40,505 bases of DNA from assembly GCA_001781465.1 (NCBI GenBank), contig MFLD01000031.1, forward strand, positions 1 to 40,505. Direction: 5' to 3'. Below, in pieces: positions 9,277 to 19,239 of the stretch. The DNA is from Candidatus Kaiserbacteria bacterium RIFCSPHIGHO2_02_FULL_49_16. GTDB lineage: Bacteria > Patescibacteriota > Minisyncoccia > Phycocordibacterales > UBA2100. Every line of letters starts with the position of its first letter. Positions within the stretch are counted from its first letter, which is position 1. Position numbers and translations under genes: made by a program. The notes beneath the pieces are model-generated. The model saw only the letters and a program-made list of their open reading frames with translations. It did no database searches and was not told where the DNA came from.

Positions 9277-11394
9277 TTAGATATCCAAAGTCGCCTCCTT
9301 AGCATGCGACTGAATGAATGATTTCCGCGCTGGCACATCCGTTCCCATCAACATATCGAACACCATGTCGGCATCTTCAGCGTCTTCTATTGTGACGAGT
9401 TTCAGAATTCTCCTAGAGGGGTCCATGGTAGTTTCCCACAATTCATCCGAGTTCATTTCGCCCAAACCTTTGTAGCGCTGGACGGATAATTTTGCGTTTT
9501 TCCCGACGTTCCGACTTTCGTCGGAAGTCTGGACCCCGACCCCTTCGGGCGTCGGCGCTTCGTCCTCAACCTCGCTCTCCAAGGGAGCATCTTTCCCAGC
9601 AATGGCAACTCGCTCTTCATCGGAATACGCGTAGCTGATTTCTTTTCCTTTCTTTATCTTGAAAAGAGGCGGTTGAGCGATATAGATAAAACCGCCTTCT
9701 ATCAACGGCTTAAAGTGCCGATAAAAAAGCGTGAGGAGTAGCGTGCGGATATGCGCGCCGTCAACATCGGCATCTGTCGCGATAATTATTTTGTGGTAGC
9801 GGAGTTTTTCTATATTGAATACATCGCCAATCGCGGTACCAAGGGCAACTACGAGATTCTTAATTTGTTCAGATGCAAGCATTTTGTCGATTCGAGCGCG
9901 CTCAATGTTCAAAATCTTTCCGCGCAAAGGAAGGATGGCCTGAATGCGCCTGTCGCGCCCCATTTTCGCGGTACCTCCGGCCGAATCTCCCTCCACAATA
10001 AAGAGTTCGCCCTCTTCCGCAAGCCGTGTCTGGCAATCGGCAAGTTTCCCCGGCAGAGTCATTCCATCTAACGCGCCTTTGCGTAAAATGCTGTCTTTGG
10101 CGGCTTTCGCGGCTTTGCGCGCTTTCATAGCGAGCGATACTTTGCCTAAAATAGCCCGCGCCTCGTCGGGATTTTCCTCAAGAAACATTCCGAATGATTC
10201 GCTGAAAACAGTCTCCACAGCCCCGCGCGCCTCAATGCTTCCCAGTTTTCCCTTGGTCTGCCCCTCAAATTGAATTTCGCGGAGTTTTACCGAAACGACC
10301 GCGGTAAGGCCTTCAAGCACGTCATCGCCCGTGAACGTTTCGCTCTCTTTCGTTCCGTTTCCATTTTTGAGCTGTCCATTCAGAGTTCTGGTAAGCGCGG
10401 ATTTGAAACCGGTGATGTGCATTCCGCCCTCGCTGTTATATATATTGTTTGCGAAAGCCGAGATGCGCGAGGTGATGTCGTCCACATATTGAAGCGCTAC
10501 CTCAACCTGCACGTTATCTTGCTCTTTCTCCACATAAAAAACTGTTTTGTGGACGGGCTCCAAGTGCCTGTTGTGGAATGATACGAGCGAACGCAGGCCT
10601 CCTTCAAAATAGAATGTGGTGGAAGGCGCTTCAATCGCTAATTCCCGGAGATAGAAAACCCCATCATCGAAATTCCCCAAGGACGGTCCTTTTGGGGAAC
10701 CGGTCTGCCGAAGATCGAGAATGGTAATCCGCAACCCGCGCACGAGATACGCCTGCTGGCGCATGTGCGCGACAATGGTATCCCAACTTAATGTGCGGTC
10801 GGGGAAAATTGAAGAGTCTGACTCAAACGTGATGATGGTGCCGTGCAATTTGGAAGCGCCGATTTTCTTCGCCTTGCCGATTGGCTTCCCGCCATTTTTG
10901 TATTCCTGCAAAAATTTGACTCCGTCGCGATGTACTTCCGCGCGCACGTGCGATGAAAGCGCGTTAACGACGGAAACGCCAACGCCGTGGAGCCCGCCGG
11001 AAACTTTGTATCCATCGCCGCCGAATTTTCCTCCGGCGTGGAGCATGGTCATCACTGTCTCAAGGGTGGAGACTTTCGTCTTCGGGTGAATGTCTACCGG
11101 AATGCCCCGGCCATTGTCGGCGACGCGCACTTTGTTATCGGGCAAAAGAGCGATTTCAATGTCATTTGCAAATCCTCCCATCGCCTCGTCGCGCGAGTTA
11201 TCAAAAACTTCCCACACAAGATGGTGGAGCCCCGTGGAGCTCGTCGTCCCGATGTACATGCCGGGCCTCCGACGCACCGCTTCGAGTCCCTCGAGTACCG
11301 TGATGTCGCTTGCGCTGTATGAAGAACCCCCTGATTTCGGGGTAGGTTTTGTGGCCTTTTCTGCTTTCTTTTTAGCCATATTTATGGGGTTCAT
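9277..11394 (-). CDS. gyrB: DNA gyrase subunit B
   Basis: LEGLEAVRRRPGMYIG, LHAGGKF, EGDSAGG, PLRGK, DADVDG, QRYKGLGEM. The start may be 11379. Confidence 0.96.
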   Translation of the reverse strand: MNPINMAKKKAEKATKPTPKSGGSSYSASDITVLEGLEAVRRRPGMYIGTTSSTGLHHLVWEVFDNSRDEAMGGFANDIEIALLPDNKVRVADNGRGIPVDIHPKTKVSTLETVMTMLHAGGKFGGDGYKVSGGLHGVGVSVVNALSSHVRAEVHRDGVKFLQEYKNGGKPIGKAKKIGASKLHGTIITFESDSSIFPDRTLSWDTIVAHMRQQAYLVRGLRITILDLRQTGSPKGPSLGNFDDGVFYLRELAIEAPSTTFYFEGGLRSLVSFHNRHLEPVHKTVFYVEKEQDNVQVEVALQYVDDITSRISAFANNIYNSEGGMHITGFKSALTRTLNGQLKNGNGTKESETFTGDDVLEGLTAVVSVKLREIQFEGQTKGKLGSIEARGAVETVFSESFGMFLEENPDEARAILGKVSLAMKARKAAKAAKDSILRKGALDGMTLPGKLADCQTRLAEEGELFIVEGDSAGGTAKMGRDRRIQAILPLRGKILNIERARIDKMLASEQIKNLVVALGTAIGDVFNIEKLRYHKIIIATDADVDGAHIRTLLLTLFYRHFKPLIEGGFIYIAQPPLFKIKKGKEISYAYSDEERVAIAGKDAPLESEVEDEAPTPEGVGVQTSDESRNVGKNAKLSVQRYKGLGEMNSDELWETTMDPSRRILKLVTIEDAEDADMVFDMLMGTDVPARKSFIQSHAKEATLDI

Positions 11395-11448
11395 TGTATC
11401 AGAAAAAGACCCCTTTGCATAGAGGATATGTGTATAAAATCTAGACCA

Positions 11449-13266
11449 TTACCGCACCTCCCAGCCCCGTTTTTTGACCTCTTTGTATACGCTTTCCATA
11501 ACCGCGTTTGCCTCCTCATCAGTAAGCGTTTTCTCAAAAGATTGAAGCACAAGGCGGAACGCGTATGAGATCTTCCCCGCTTTTTCGAATGTGTCGAATA
11601 ATTCGCTTCGCACGAGAAGCTCTCCTGATTCTTTCCGGATGACTTCCAGAATCTCCTCCGGCTTTGTACCGGTCTCTGTCCAAAGCGCGATATCGCGAAC
11701 GATAAACGGATATCGAGAAAAAGACTGATAGCGTTCGGTTGTTGAAATCGGGAAATTCTCATAGTGATCTGCGTTTACTGTCGTGAGTTTGCCTTCCGTG
11801 ATTTTCCCCCCTTGTTTTGTTTCAATTGCCATACCGACCATCACGCTCTCTCTGCCGCCATTCCACACGGTGCCTATTTCGAATAATTTCACTTCTTTCA
11901 GACCAAGTAAATCTTTACTGCGGACATTCTTCTGGAGCGCCTCCGCGAGCCCGTCCGCAAGATTACCGCGCAGATACGGGCGTACCCCGTCGACTTTGTT
12001 AGCAACCACCCGTTCGCCCTTTTCAGAAAACACAGAGGTGAACACCTCTGAATATCCCTTTTCTATTAATCCCGCGCGGGTTTTTTCGCTCTGAGCGAAA
12101 TTAATATTAATGGCAAGTGCCTCTTTGAGTTCTGGAAGTTCCGCGGAAGGAATTTTATCGTACCCCACTATACGTGCGACTTCTTCCACCAAATCTTCCG
12201 GTATTGAAATATCAAGCCGCTCAAATGGCACCTCAACCTTGAAAATCCTATGAGATGACATCTCATAGGATTTTCGTGTAAGGCCAAGGCGAATGAATGC
12301 ATCTGCGATATCTTTTTCTGTGAGCGAAGTTCCTAGGATTTGATTGACCTGCGCGACAGATACTGAAACCTGTTTCTTTTCTTGCGGTTTAGGATATTCA
12401 TCGGCAAACCCGACAAGTTCGCCACCGGCAATTTTGAGAATTAAATCGGTCGCCGCGCGCATGCCATACGCCGCGAGTTCGGGCGAAATGCTCTGCTCAA
12501 ATCTTTGAGATGCATCGGTACGAAGCTTTAATTGCTGTGCAGTCTTTCGCACCGAAGCGCCATCAAAATTCGCCGACTCAATTATTATGTCTGTTGTTGC
12601 CTCATTCACTTCTGCGACTTTTCCTCCCTTTACGCCTGCAATTCCTATCACGGCATCTGCATTCCCGTCTGCAATAACGAGCATAGATTCCGAAAGTACA
12701 TATTCTTTGGCATCCAACGCCAACATCTTCTCGCCCTTTTTGGCATCTCTAACTTGAATCCTGAATTCACTTTTGCCTATTGCCTCTTGCCTCTTGCCTA
12801 TTTTCCCCGCATCAAACGCATGCAGTGGTTGTCCAATGTTGAACATGACAAAATTTGCCGCATCTACGATGTTGTTGATTGATTTCTGGCCTATTGATTC
12901 AAGGTTCTTTCGCAACCAGTCTGGCGATGCACCAACCTTGACCCCTTTGATATATCCGGCGATATATCGTGCGCACAAAGGGGTATCAATCGAAACTTCC
13001 CCATGTCGGGATTTCGTAAATCCCGACATGGGCTCCCGAAGCGGATCGCCCTTCATCGGAATATTTAAAATCGCCGAAAGCTCCTTTGCGATTCCGCGAT
13101 GCGAGAGGCAATCATGCCCGCGGTTCGGCGTCACTTTAACATCAAGAATTTCATTTTCTACACTCTCAATCTCAAAAGCATGAAATGTGAGAGCGTCAGC
13201 AAGCGTCTGCGCATCAGGCAAAGGTGCGGTGAAAAAAGTCTGGAGCCAGTTGCGAGATATTTTCAT
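11449..13266 (-). CDS. pheT: phenylalanyl-tRNA synthetase beta subunit (shortened)
   Basis: MKISRNWL, VTPNRGHDC, GQPLHAFD, RTDASQRFE, DLVEEVAR, C-terminal RDIA..FDX-ACB domain. Confidence 0.96.
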   Translation of the reverse strand: MKISRNWLQTFFTAPLPDAQTLADALTFHAFEIESVENEILDVKVTPNRGHDCLSHRGIAKELSAILNIPMKGDPLREPMSGFTKSRHGEVSIDTPLCARYIAGYIKGVKVGASPDWLRKNLESIGQKSINNIVDAANFVMFNIGQPLHAFDAGKIGKRQEAIGKSEFRIQVRDAKKGEKMLALDAKEYVLSESMLVIADGNADAVIGIAGVKGGKVAEVNEATTDIIIESANFDGASVRKTAQQLKLRTDASQRFEQSISPELAAYGMRAATDLILKIAGGELVGFADEYPKPQEKKQVSVSVAQVNQILGTSLTEKDIADAFIRLGLTRKSYEMSSHRIFKVEVPFERLDISIPEDLVEEVARIVGYDKIPSAELPELKEALAININFAQSEKTRAGLIEKGYSEVFTSVFSEKGERVVANKVDGVRPYLRGNLADGLAEALQKNVRSKDLLGLKEVKLFEIGTVWNGGRESVMVGMAIETKQGGKITEGKLTTVNADHYENFPISTTERYQSFSRYPFIVRDIALWTETGTKPEEILEVIRKESGELLVRSELFDTFEKAGKISYAFRLVLQSFEKTLTDEEANAVMESVYKEVKKRGWEVR

Positions 13267-13267
13267 A

Positions 13268-13870
13268 CTATTTTAGAAATTGAAATCTTTTTCTACCTTT
13301 CCTGTCCAAAGAGTCAGCTGTTTTTGCCCGACCATCTCTCTGGAGTTTTTGCCACAACTTGCGAGCTTCGTAGCGTACATCAGGACTTGAGTATAGGGAC
13401 GCGCCGTATGCCCTTTTACAGTATGCATGCATCAACGCCAGACGTCGCTCTGCAAGACCACGTCTCTGAAAATCAGAGGATTCCGTAGTTGCTGTCCACT
13501 CAGGGTATGGCGTATGTTTCCCTTGCAACATCTCAGAATGAACGATTGTGCTTTCCCCAGCGATTTTGCCCGAAATAAAATCAACAAAATGGCTCATGCG
13601 AGATTTTGCATAATCCAAACTGTGAGTAGCGATGTAGGAAGTGATCCCAGGTTGCTCGACCTTCAAACTCTCTTCCCAAGGATGAACAGCGCTGAAGCTA
13701 AAACGCGATTCATGTTTGCGTTTACTTTCCAATAATTCCTGCACATTGAGAGGTATCTGCCTCATATCAATCGCTTCAAAGGGGAAAATATCCTCCTGGC
13801 CACGCTCTGGCGGAGTGTAAAGACGCTCCTTTCTTCTCTGAAATAAATTGGTTAATTGCGGGAATTTCAT
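13268..13870 (-). CDS. hypothetical protein, possible GNAT acetyltransferase
   Basis: 200-aa ORF fitting tightly between pheS and pheT; FQRRGLA (motif A-like) and ARKLWQKL (motif B-like). Confidence 0.6.
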   Translation of the reverse strand: MKFPQLTNLFQRRKERLYTPPERGQEDIFPFEAIDMRQIPLNVQELLESKRKHESRFSFSAVHPWEESLKVEQPGITSYIATHSLDYAKSRMSHFVDFISGKIAGESTIVHSEMLQGKHTPYPEWTATTESSDFQRRGLAERRLALMHAYCKRAYGASLYSSPDVRYEARKLWQKLQRDGRAKTADSLDRKGRKRFQFLK

Positions 13871-13872
13871 AC

Positions 13873-14673
13873 CTAGAATTGATTAATAAACCTCAAATCC
13901 GCCGAGTGCATAAGACGTATGTCGTCTATGCCCCATTTGAGCATTGCCAGGCGGTCTATTCCGAAACCGAATGCGAATCCTTGATACTTCTCTGAGTCGA
14001 CGCCGGAATTTTTGAGAACATTCGGATGCACCATGCCCGCGCCGCCCATCTCCATCCATTTGTCGCGGAGTTTTTCCGGCACCCTAAACGCTTCGCTTTG
14101 CGAAGCGTCGGGCGAACTTCCCGCTTCGCGGGAAGTTTTAGCCTCCATCAATTGCATATCCACCTCGACTGATGGTTCAGTGAAAGGGAAAAAGCTCGGG
14201 CGAAATCGCACTTCAACGGAGGTACCGCCGAACAGTTCTTGGAAAAATCGCGCTAGAGTTCCTTTGAGTTGCGCAAGCGTCACATCTTCCCCTACCGCAA
14301 GCGCCTCTATCTGAAAGAATTCCGACTCGTGCCCCATATCGGTCGCCTCGTTTCTGAATACCTTGCCCATGGACACTATTCGGTACGGCGGTTGGATTCC
14401 CTTCTTCACTTGAGATTCCATATAGCGTATCTGCACATTCGATGTGTGCGTACGTAGAACATTTCCCTGTTCATTTTTTATGAAGAAAGTGTCCTGCATG
14501 TCGCGCGAAGGATGGTCTTTCGGCACATTTAGGGCGTCAAAGTTGTACCATTCGCTTTCAAGTAAAGGCCCCTCCGCGAGAGAAAACCCCATATCAAAAA
14601 AGATTTTGTTCGCTTCCCGTATCAGAGAAGATATCGGGTGCAAGTGTCCTCTCTGAACGTCCTGCGGTTTCAT
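13873..14673 (-). CDS. pheS: phenylalanyl-tRNA synthetase alpha subunit (lacks N-terminal coiled coil)
   Basis: HLHP, NFDALN, HPSRDMQDTFF, LRTHTS, FFPFTEPS, GFAFGFGIDR. Confidence 0.97.
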   Translation of the reverse strand: MKPQDVQRGHLHPISSLIREANKIFFDMGFSLAEGPLLESEWYNFDALNVPKDHPSRDMQDTFFIKNEQGNVLRTHTSNVQIRYMESQVKKGIQPPYRIVSMGKVFRNEATDMGHESEFFQIEALAVGEDVTLAQLKGTLARFFQELFGGTSVEVRFRPSFFPFTEPSVEVDMQLMEAKTSREAGSSPDASQSEAFRVPEKLRDKWMEMGGAGMVHPNVLKNSGVDSEKYQGFAFGFGIDRLAMLKWGIDDIRLMHSADLRFINQF

Positions 14674-14685
14674 GCTGTCAGTATA

Positions 14686-15504
14686 CTAAAGTCCCTCGAT
14701 TTCGTAGAGCTTATTCCCGTTTTTCACGATTAGCTTGCCGTCAATGATGCGGAAGATGGCTCCGCGTCGGGGGTACACAGGAGAAACGCTCGGCGTCGGG
14801 CGAATATCTGCCTCCGCAAGGAAGACCCCCTCTTCTTTTGTCGCATATACTACGCCTCCGCCGAAAAACGAGGCTTCCAAGCTTTTTTGCGCGCCGTTTT
14901 CTATCGGAATTTCTTTCACGCAGTAAGAGGGCCGACCGCAAAAGTTGCTTGTTTGCAATACGCTCTCATCGCCCAAGCGTACAAATACATTTCCATTCTC
15001 GATAAATACAGATTCGCCATATGCGCCGCGCGTGCTGGTCGCGGCTTTCACATAAAATGCGGCTTTGTATAAATCATACTCTGATTTGGAAATCACTTTG
15101 GTGGTAGAGGCGCCCGCGCCATATGAAATGAGCACTGCTCGAATGTCATTTGGAATTAGAAACGCCCGAGTATCAGAAACAAGATTCTCCTCCACCACGA
15201 GAGTTCTGTGCCAAGGCCTAAGGCCCTCGCGCGTAACAAGAATTTCATACGAACTTGGGGCGAGATTATCTATATAAAATCCTCTTTTCACTATACCGCT
15301 AGTGCCCACTGCCTCTCCGTTAATAGAAACATCGGCACCCGCATATGGAACCGAAATAAATATTCCGCCTGTTTTTATGAATCCAAATCCGTTCCTAAAA
15401 TTGTATCCGCTAGCAAAAAATAATGCCACTGGAAGACAAATCAAAAAAAGCAGGATGAGACCGTAGAGATACATTCGTCGTGTACTGCGTGGAAACGGTT
15501 TCAT
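14686..15504 (-). CDS. PEGA-domain membrane-anchored protein
   Basis: N-terminal TM followed by GGIFISVP.GADVSING...L.P..Y.I.V.REG..W. Confidence 0.75.
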   Translation of the reverse strand: MKPFPRSTRRMYLYGLILLFLICLPVALFFASGYNFRNGFGFIKTGGIFISVPYAGADVSINGEAVGTSGIVKRGFYIDNLAPSSYEILVTREGLRPWHRTLVVEENLVSDTRAFLIPNDIRAVLISYGAGASTTKVISKSEYDLYKAAFYVKAATSTRGAYGESVFIENGNVFVRLGDESVLQTSNFCGRPSYCVKEIPIENGAQKSLEASFFGGGVVYATKEEGVFLAEADIRPTPSVSPVYPRRGAIFRIIDGKLIVKNGNKLYEIEGL

Positions 15505-17039
15505 TTTCTAGTTATTTTCGGCGTTACCCAGAATCCTAAATACCTCCCGAAAAATAATCGGATTTGAGCGTCAAGACCGGGAATAGATGTGAATATTACC
15601 ATTGTTGCTGGAACTAGAGCCCACTGAAAAAAGAGCTGAAGGCTTCTCCATCTGCCATACTCGCTCGGTCGCGCAGGCACCAACTGCATTCCGATTGCCG
15701 CGCATACGATGAGCCCGAACAGTGACGCTGTGAGAAATACTTTTGCTATGAGTGGAAGATTATATGAAAGCACGGTGGCATTGAATCCTCTGCCTCCTAC
15801 TAGAAGCGGGAGCCAGCCAACGGCAAATAGAACCAGTGGATGAGTGACCAGCGACCAAAAGCCTTCTATCTGCACGAATGCGGCGTGGAATTTCTTTGCG
15901 AATGGAATGCGCGGATTTTTCATAAATGTAAAAAGTATGTAGGCGATATTTTCGGCTCCATAAGTCCACCGACGGTGCTGTTTATAAATGTTTTTTGCCG
16001 TGCCCAAAAGTGTCGGCGCAACATTCGCATCCATGGAAACCGGATACGCCATGGGAATAACTTCGTAATCTCCATCGTAGCGCGCTAAAAGATTCCAGAA
16101 GATGCGCGAATCTTCCGAAACGACATTTTTTTGCCAGTAACCAACTTCGTAAAGCTGTTGGAACGGGACGGCGTGCGAAGAAAACGTTGCGAGTTTTTCC
16201 GGCCGCTCCTGCTGTATCATCTGCCAGAAAGAACTTGAATAGGCCATAACGCGCGAGAGCATTGGCGCAGTCCAGATATTGTTGTTATAGAGAGGCACGG
16301 GCTGGAAAGAAGAGCGCGATCTATTTTCTGCTGTCAGGAAATACCAAGTGAGGCAGGCGAAATATTGCGGGTACACGACAGTATCTATGTCTAGCGCGGA
16401 AACAAGGACGCTCTCGTAGGAAAGTTTGCGCGGATCAAGAATGCGGACACGCGCCTCCTCGGCCGCAAACGCAATGTTGGAGCCCTTCCCGATTATTTCC
16501 CCCGGCACATCCGCTGGATGCAAAACAACTTGGAAATCTAGAAACTTGCTTCCGAATTCACCCTTGATGCGCTCGGCGATCCTTCTCTGTTCCACGCCAG
16601 CGCGAGCTTCCGCTGAAAGTACGACACATATTTTCTTGGGATCCCACGCCGCCTTTATGAGCCCGTTCATACTCTCTGCGACAACTTGGTAATCCTCGTT
16701 ATAGAAAGGAAAGATGACCAGGTGTACGACTTCTTCGTAACGCAAATTCTTGAGGCGCGCATTCCAATCAAGCGCCATATTGTGGCGCATGCGCTTGAAA
16801 TTGTAACGAAGGTGGATTGAAAGATATATTGTTCGAAATAACCAATACATCGAGAAGATAATCGTGAGGTAGGCAGCCAAATCTGGTCTTGAAAAAGATA
16901 GCGCGACAAACAAAAACAAAGTGCCAACAGAAAGGAATCCGGGCAACATTTCAAATAGACGATAGATTATCCTATCGCGGCCAGAAAGATCGCTCGCGCG
17001 ACCGACGTGTAAATACCAATATTTTGAAGTGTTTTCCAT
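15501..17039 (-). CDS. GT2-family membrane glycosyltransferase
   Basis: PFYNE, GKGSN, DID, SED and Q.RRW motifs with flanking TM helices. Confidence 0.85.
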   Translation of the reverse strand: MENTSKYWYLHVGRASDLSGRDRIIYRLFEMLPGFLSVGTLFLFVALSFSRPDLAAYLTIIFSMYWLFRTIYLSIHLRYNFKRMRHNMALDWNARLKNLRYEEVVHLVIFPFYNEDYQVVAESMNGLIKAAWDPKKICVVLSAEARAGVEQRRIAERIKGEFGSKFLDFQVVLHPADVPGEIIGKGSNIAFAAEEARVRILDPRKLSYESVLVSALDIDTVVYPQYFACLTWYFLTAENRSRSSFQPVPLYNNNIWTAPMLSRVMAYSSSFWQMIQQERPEKLATFSSHAVPFQQLYEVGYWQKNVVSEDSRIFWNLLARYDGDYEVIPMAYPVSMDANVAPTLLGTAKNIYKQHRRWTYGAENIAYILFTFMKNPRIPFAKKFHAAFVQIEGFWSLVTHPLVLFAVGWLPLLVGGRGFNATVLSYNLPLIAKVFLTASLFGLIVCAAIGMQLVPARPSEYGRWRSLQLFFQWALVPATMVIFTSIPGLDAQIRLFFGRYLGFWVTPKITRK

Positions 17040-17090
17040 ACATCTGTTGACGCACCAACCATCTGCTTAAACGAGGGCTTAAATACTAAC

Positions 17091-17135
17091 TCCCGACGCT
17101 TCGGTCGGGACCCCGACCGCTTCGCGCGTCTGGGA
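17091..17135. repeat. intergenic double-hairpin element related to the gyrB insert at 9501-9558
   Basis: TCCCGACGCTTCGGTCGGGACCCCGACCGCTTCGCGCGTCTGGGA versus TCCCGACG...TCGG...GGACCCCGACCCCTTCGGGCGTCGG. Confidence 0.7.
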
Positions 17136-17180
17136 TGGAGTGCCGAGTCAGAACACTATAATCTTTTGGAGGCGTTCTGA

Positions 17181-17564
17181 CTACTGAAATTTTATTTGGA
17201 AATTGTACATGCCCATTCCGCAGAGCCCATGCAAGGTGCCCCGCGCCTGACTCGCGCCAATCGAGATTTCTTCCGTCCCTGTCGGCTGGAGATACTTCTG
17301 GTACTGCAACTTTGGAATGACGAGGCTTGATGAGCAGTCGAAGGTTCCCTTCGTGCTTACGCGAAGAACTGTCGGCACGCCCGCTTTTGCCAAAACAACT
17401 CGGGGAGAATATCCGCCCTTCGCGGAAATATCTATGAGCTGTTTTCCGTTCACAGTGGAAACTGCGGATGAGCTATCGACATTGGCAGGTTTTCCGGCAA
17501 ACCAAAACGCGCCAAAGATGAGGAGTGCGCTTATGCAAACGGAAACAAGAACCGCTTTATTCAT
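17181..17564 (-). CDS. cupredoxin-like domain protein
   Basis: N-terminal TM, GGYSP..V...AG.P, DCSS and C-terminal CGMGM. Confidence 0.85.
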   Translation of the reverse strand: MNKAVLVSVCISALLIFGAFWFAGKPANVDSSSAVSTVNGKQLIDISAKGGYSPRVVLAKAGVPTVLRVSTKGTFDCSSSLVIPKLQYQKYLQPTGTEEISIGASQARGTLHGLCGMGMYNFQIKFQ

Positions 17565-17573
17565 GAAGTTAAA

Positions 17574-18638
17574 CTAGAAATTAAAAAGCGGATTGATAAT
17601 TCCGGCTGTCGCAAACGCATTCGCGAGATTAAATAGCGCAAGCGCAATAACAATTATTCCCGCAGTCTTAAAGAATATTCCTTTCCACGGCTTATGCGCG
17701 ATATTGAGCGAGCCGAATGAAAGAAGCGCCAGGACTGGCAAGGTGCCAAGGGCGAAAGCCGTCATCGTGAGAGCACCTTCCAAAAAACTCCCTGTCGTAA
17801 GAGCGTACAGCTGCATTGATTGGGTGAACCCGCACGGCAAAAAGAATGTTCCGATACCGACTAAAACAGGTGCTAGAAAATGATCGTGCTTCGCCCCGCG
17901 CACGACATGCTTTGAGAGCCATTTAGGCATCGTCAATTGCAGTCTTTTTGCGAAATGAAATACATCGAGCAGATTGATTCCGAGAATGAGCATCACGAGA
18001 GCGACAATTATTCCGAGGACAATATTTGCAGTTAATCCAAGGTGGAGCGAGTTTCCAATCACTCCGATTATGCCCCCGAGAACAAAAAAACCTCCGAGTC
18101 TTCCCAAATGAAAAAGCGTCTGCGTTCGCCAAGTTCCACCTTCTTTCGCAGAACTTGCCGAAAGAGACAAGACAAGACCGCCGACTATCGCAAGACAAGT
18201 GGAAACCGATGCAATGAGTCCGATAACAAATGCAGTTCCATAACTGACATTCGACGAGGTTATTAAGTTTGTTAATCCGGCTTTCTGAAGCGCGAGAAAT
18301 CCAACAATTACGACGAGCGCAATTGGAAGCGCGTATACAAAATCTTTCCATCCCGCGTCTTTTTTCATTCTTTCCAATGAAATAGTGTAGCCGTGGCTTT
18401 TTACCAGCTTCGTCAATTCTTCCGCGATTTTCTCTGGCGAACCGGCAAATTCACCGGTCACAATAACCTGATGATTCGCAAGCGACGCGCGCGCGCTTGC
18501 GATATTAGGAAGCTCCTTGAATGTCTCCTCAATAAGAAGAGGGCACGCCGAGCAGTGCATTCCGTGAACATGGAATGTGTATATCTTTGGGTCCGATTTC
18601 GGGCCGATGAGTCCGACATCGGCATCTGTAGACGACAT
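17574..18638 (-). CDS. HMA domain fused to DsbD_2/TauE-like membrane domain
   Basis: GMHCSAC HMA motif; STC..VGG, FHLGRL, LPCGFTQ, FALGTLP. Start placed at 18638 because a separate small gene lies upstream. Confidence 0.85.
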   Translation of the reverse strand: MSSTDADVGLIGPKSDPKIYTFHVHGMHCSACPLLIEETFKELPNIASARASLANHQVIVTGEFAGSPEKIAEELTKLVKSHGYTISLERMKKDAGWKDFVYALPIALVVIVGFLALQKAGLTNLITSSNVSYGTAFVIGLIASVSTCLAIVGGLVLSLSASSAKEGGTWRTQTLFHLGRLGGFFVLGGIIGVIGNSLHLGLTANIVLGIIVALVMLILGINLLDVFHFAKRLQLTMPKWLSKHVVRGAKHDHFLAPVLVGIGTFFLPCGFTQSMQLYALTTGSFLEGALTMTAFALGTLPVLALLSFGSLNIAHKPWKGIFFKTAGIIVIALALFNLANAFATAGIINPLFNF

Positions 18639-18685
18639 AAGCAACCATCTTATCACGCTGATATTTTTCACGCCTTGACTACAAA

Positions 18686-18802
18686 TCATTTCACCGCTAA
18701 GAAGATAAGAGCAGCGAGAGGTATTGCGCAACAGACGAGCATCATCCACATCATGTGCTTGTGCTCACCCTGTCCGCCGTTTGTATTGTTATGATTGTGC
18801 AT
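18686..18802 (-). CDS. 38-aa His/Met-rich, Cys-Cys single-TM peptide (DUF2933-like; not in ORF track)
   Basis: MHNHNNTNGGQGEHKHMMWMMLVCCAIPLAALIFLAVK*; starts 9 nt after the DUF302 stop. Confidence 0.7.
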   Translation of the reverse strand: MHNHNNTNGGQGEHKHMMWMMLVCCAIPLAALIFLAVK

Positions 18803-18811
18803 AGATTGCGA

Positions 18812-19195
18812 TTACACATTATCGATTACCGTTTTTAATTTCTTTTCCGCTGTTTCAGCAATGTCGGCCAAAGACGGATTATCTATCATCGACATCGCGG
18901 CGGTCGGAAGCATCGCTGACACATACACATTTCCGTTTTCCTCGTAAACGATTACATTGCATGGCATGATGAGACCGACATCTTTCTCAGCTTTGAGAGC
19001 CTTGAGAGCGAGCGTCGGATTGCAAACGCCGAGTATGAGGTAATTCTCATGGTCAACGCCGAGCTTTTTCTTGAGCGTCGCTTTCACATCTATTTCGGTA
19101 AGCACGCCGAGTCCTTCTTTTTCAATCTCGCTTCTCACTCTCTCCACTGTTTTCACAAATGGAAGCTGTATTTTTCTTTTGTATCCGTATTCCAT
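18812..19195 (-). CDS. DUF302 family protein
   Basis: GLGVLTEIDVKATLKKKLG...YLILGVCNP...MPCNVIV. Confidence 0.9.
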   Translation of the reverse strand: MEYGYKRKIQLPFVKTVERVRSEIEKEGLGVLTEIDVKATLKKKLGVDHENYLILGVCNPTLALKALKAEKDVGLIMPCNVIVYEENGNVYVSAMLPTAAMSMIDNPSLADIAETAEKKLKTVIDNV

Positions 19196-19239
19196 AGCGT
19201 TAAAGATGCACTATCTTTTATTAGTCCGTTAATAACCCA

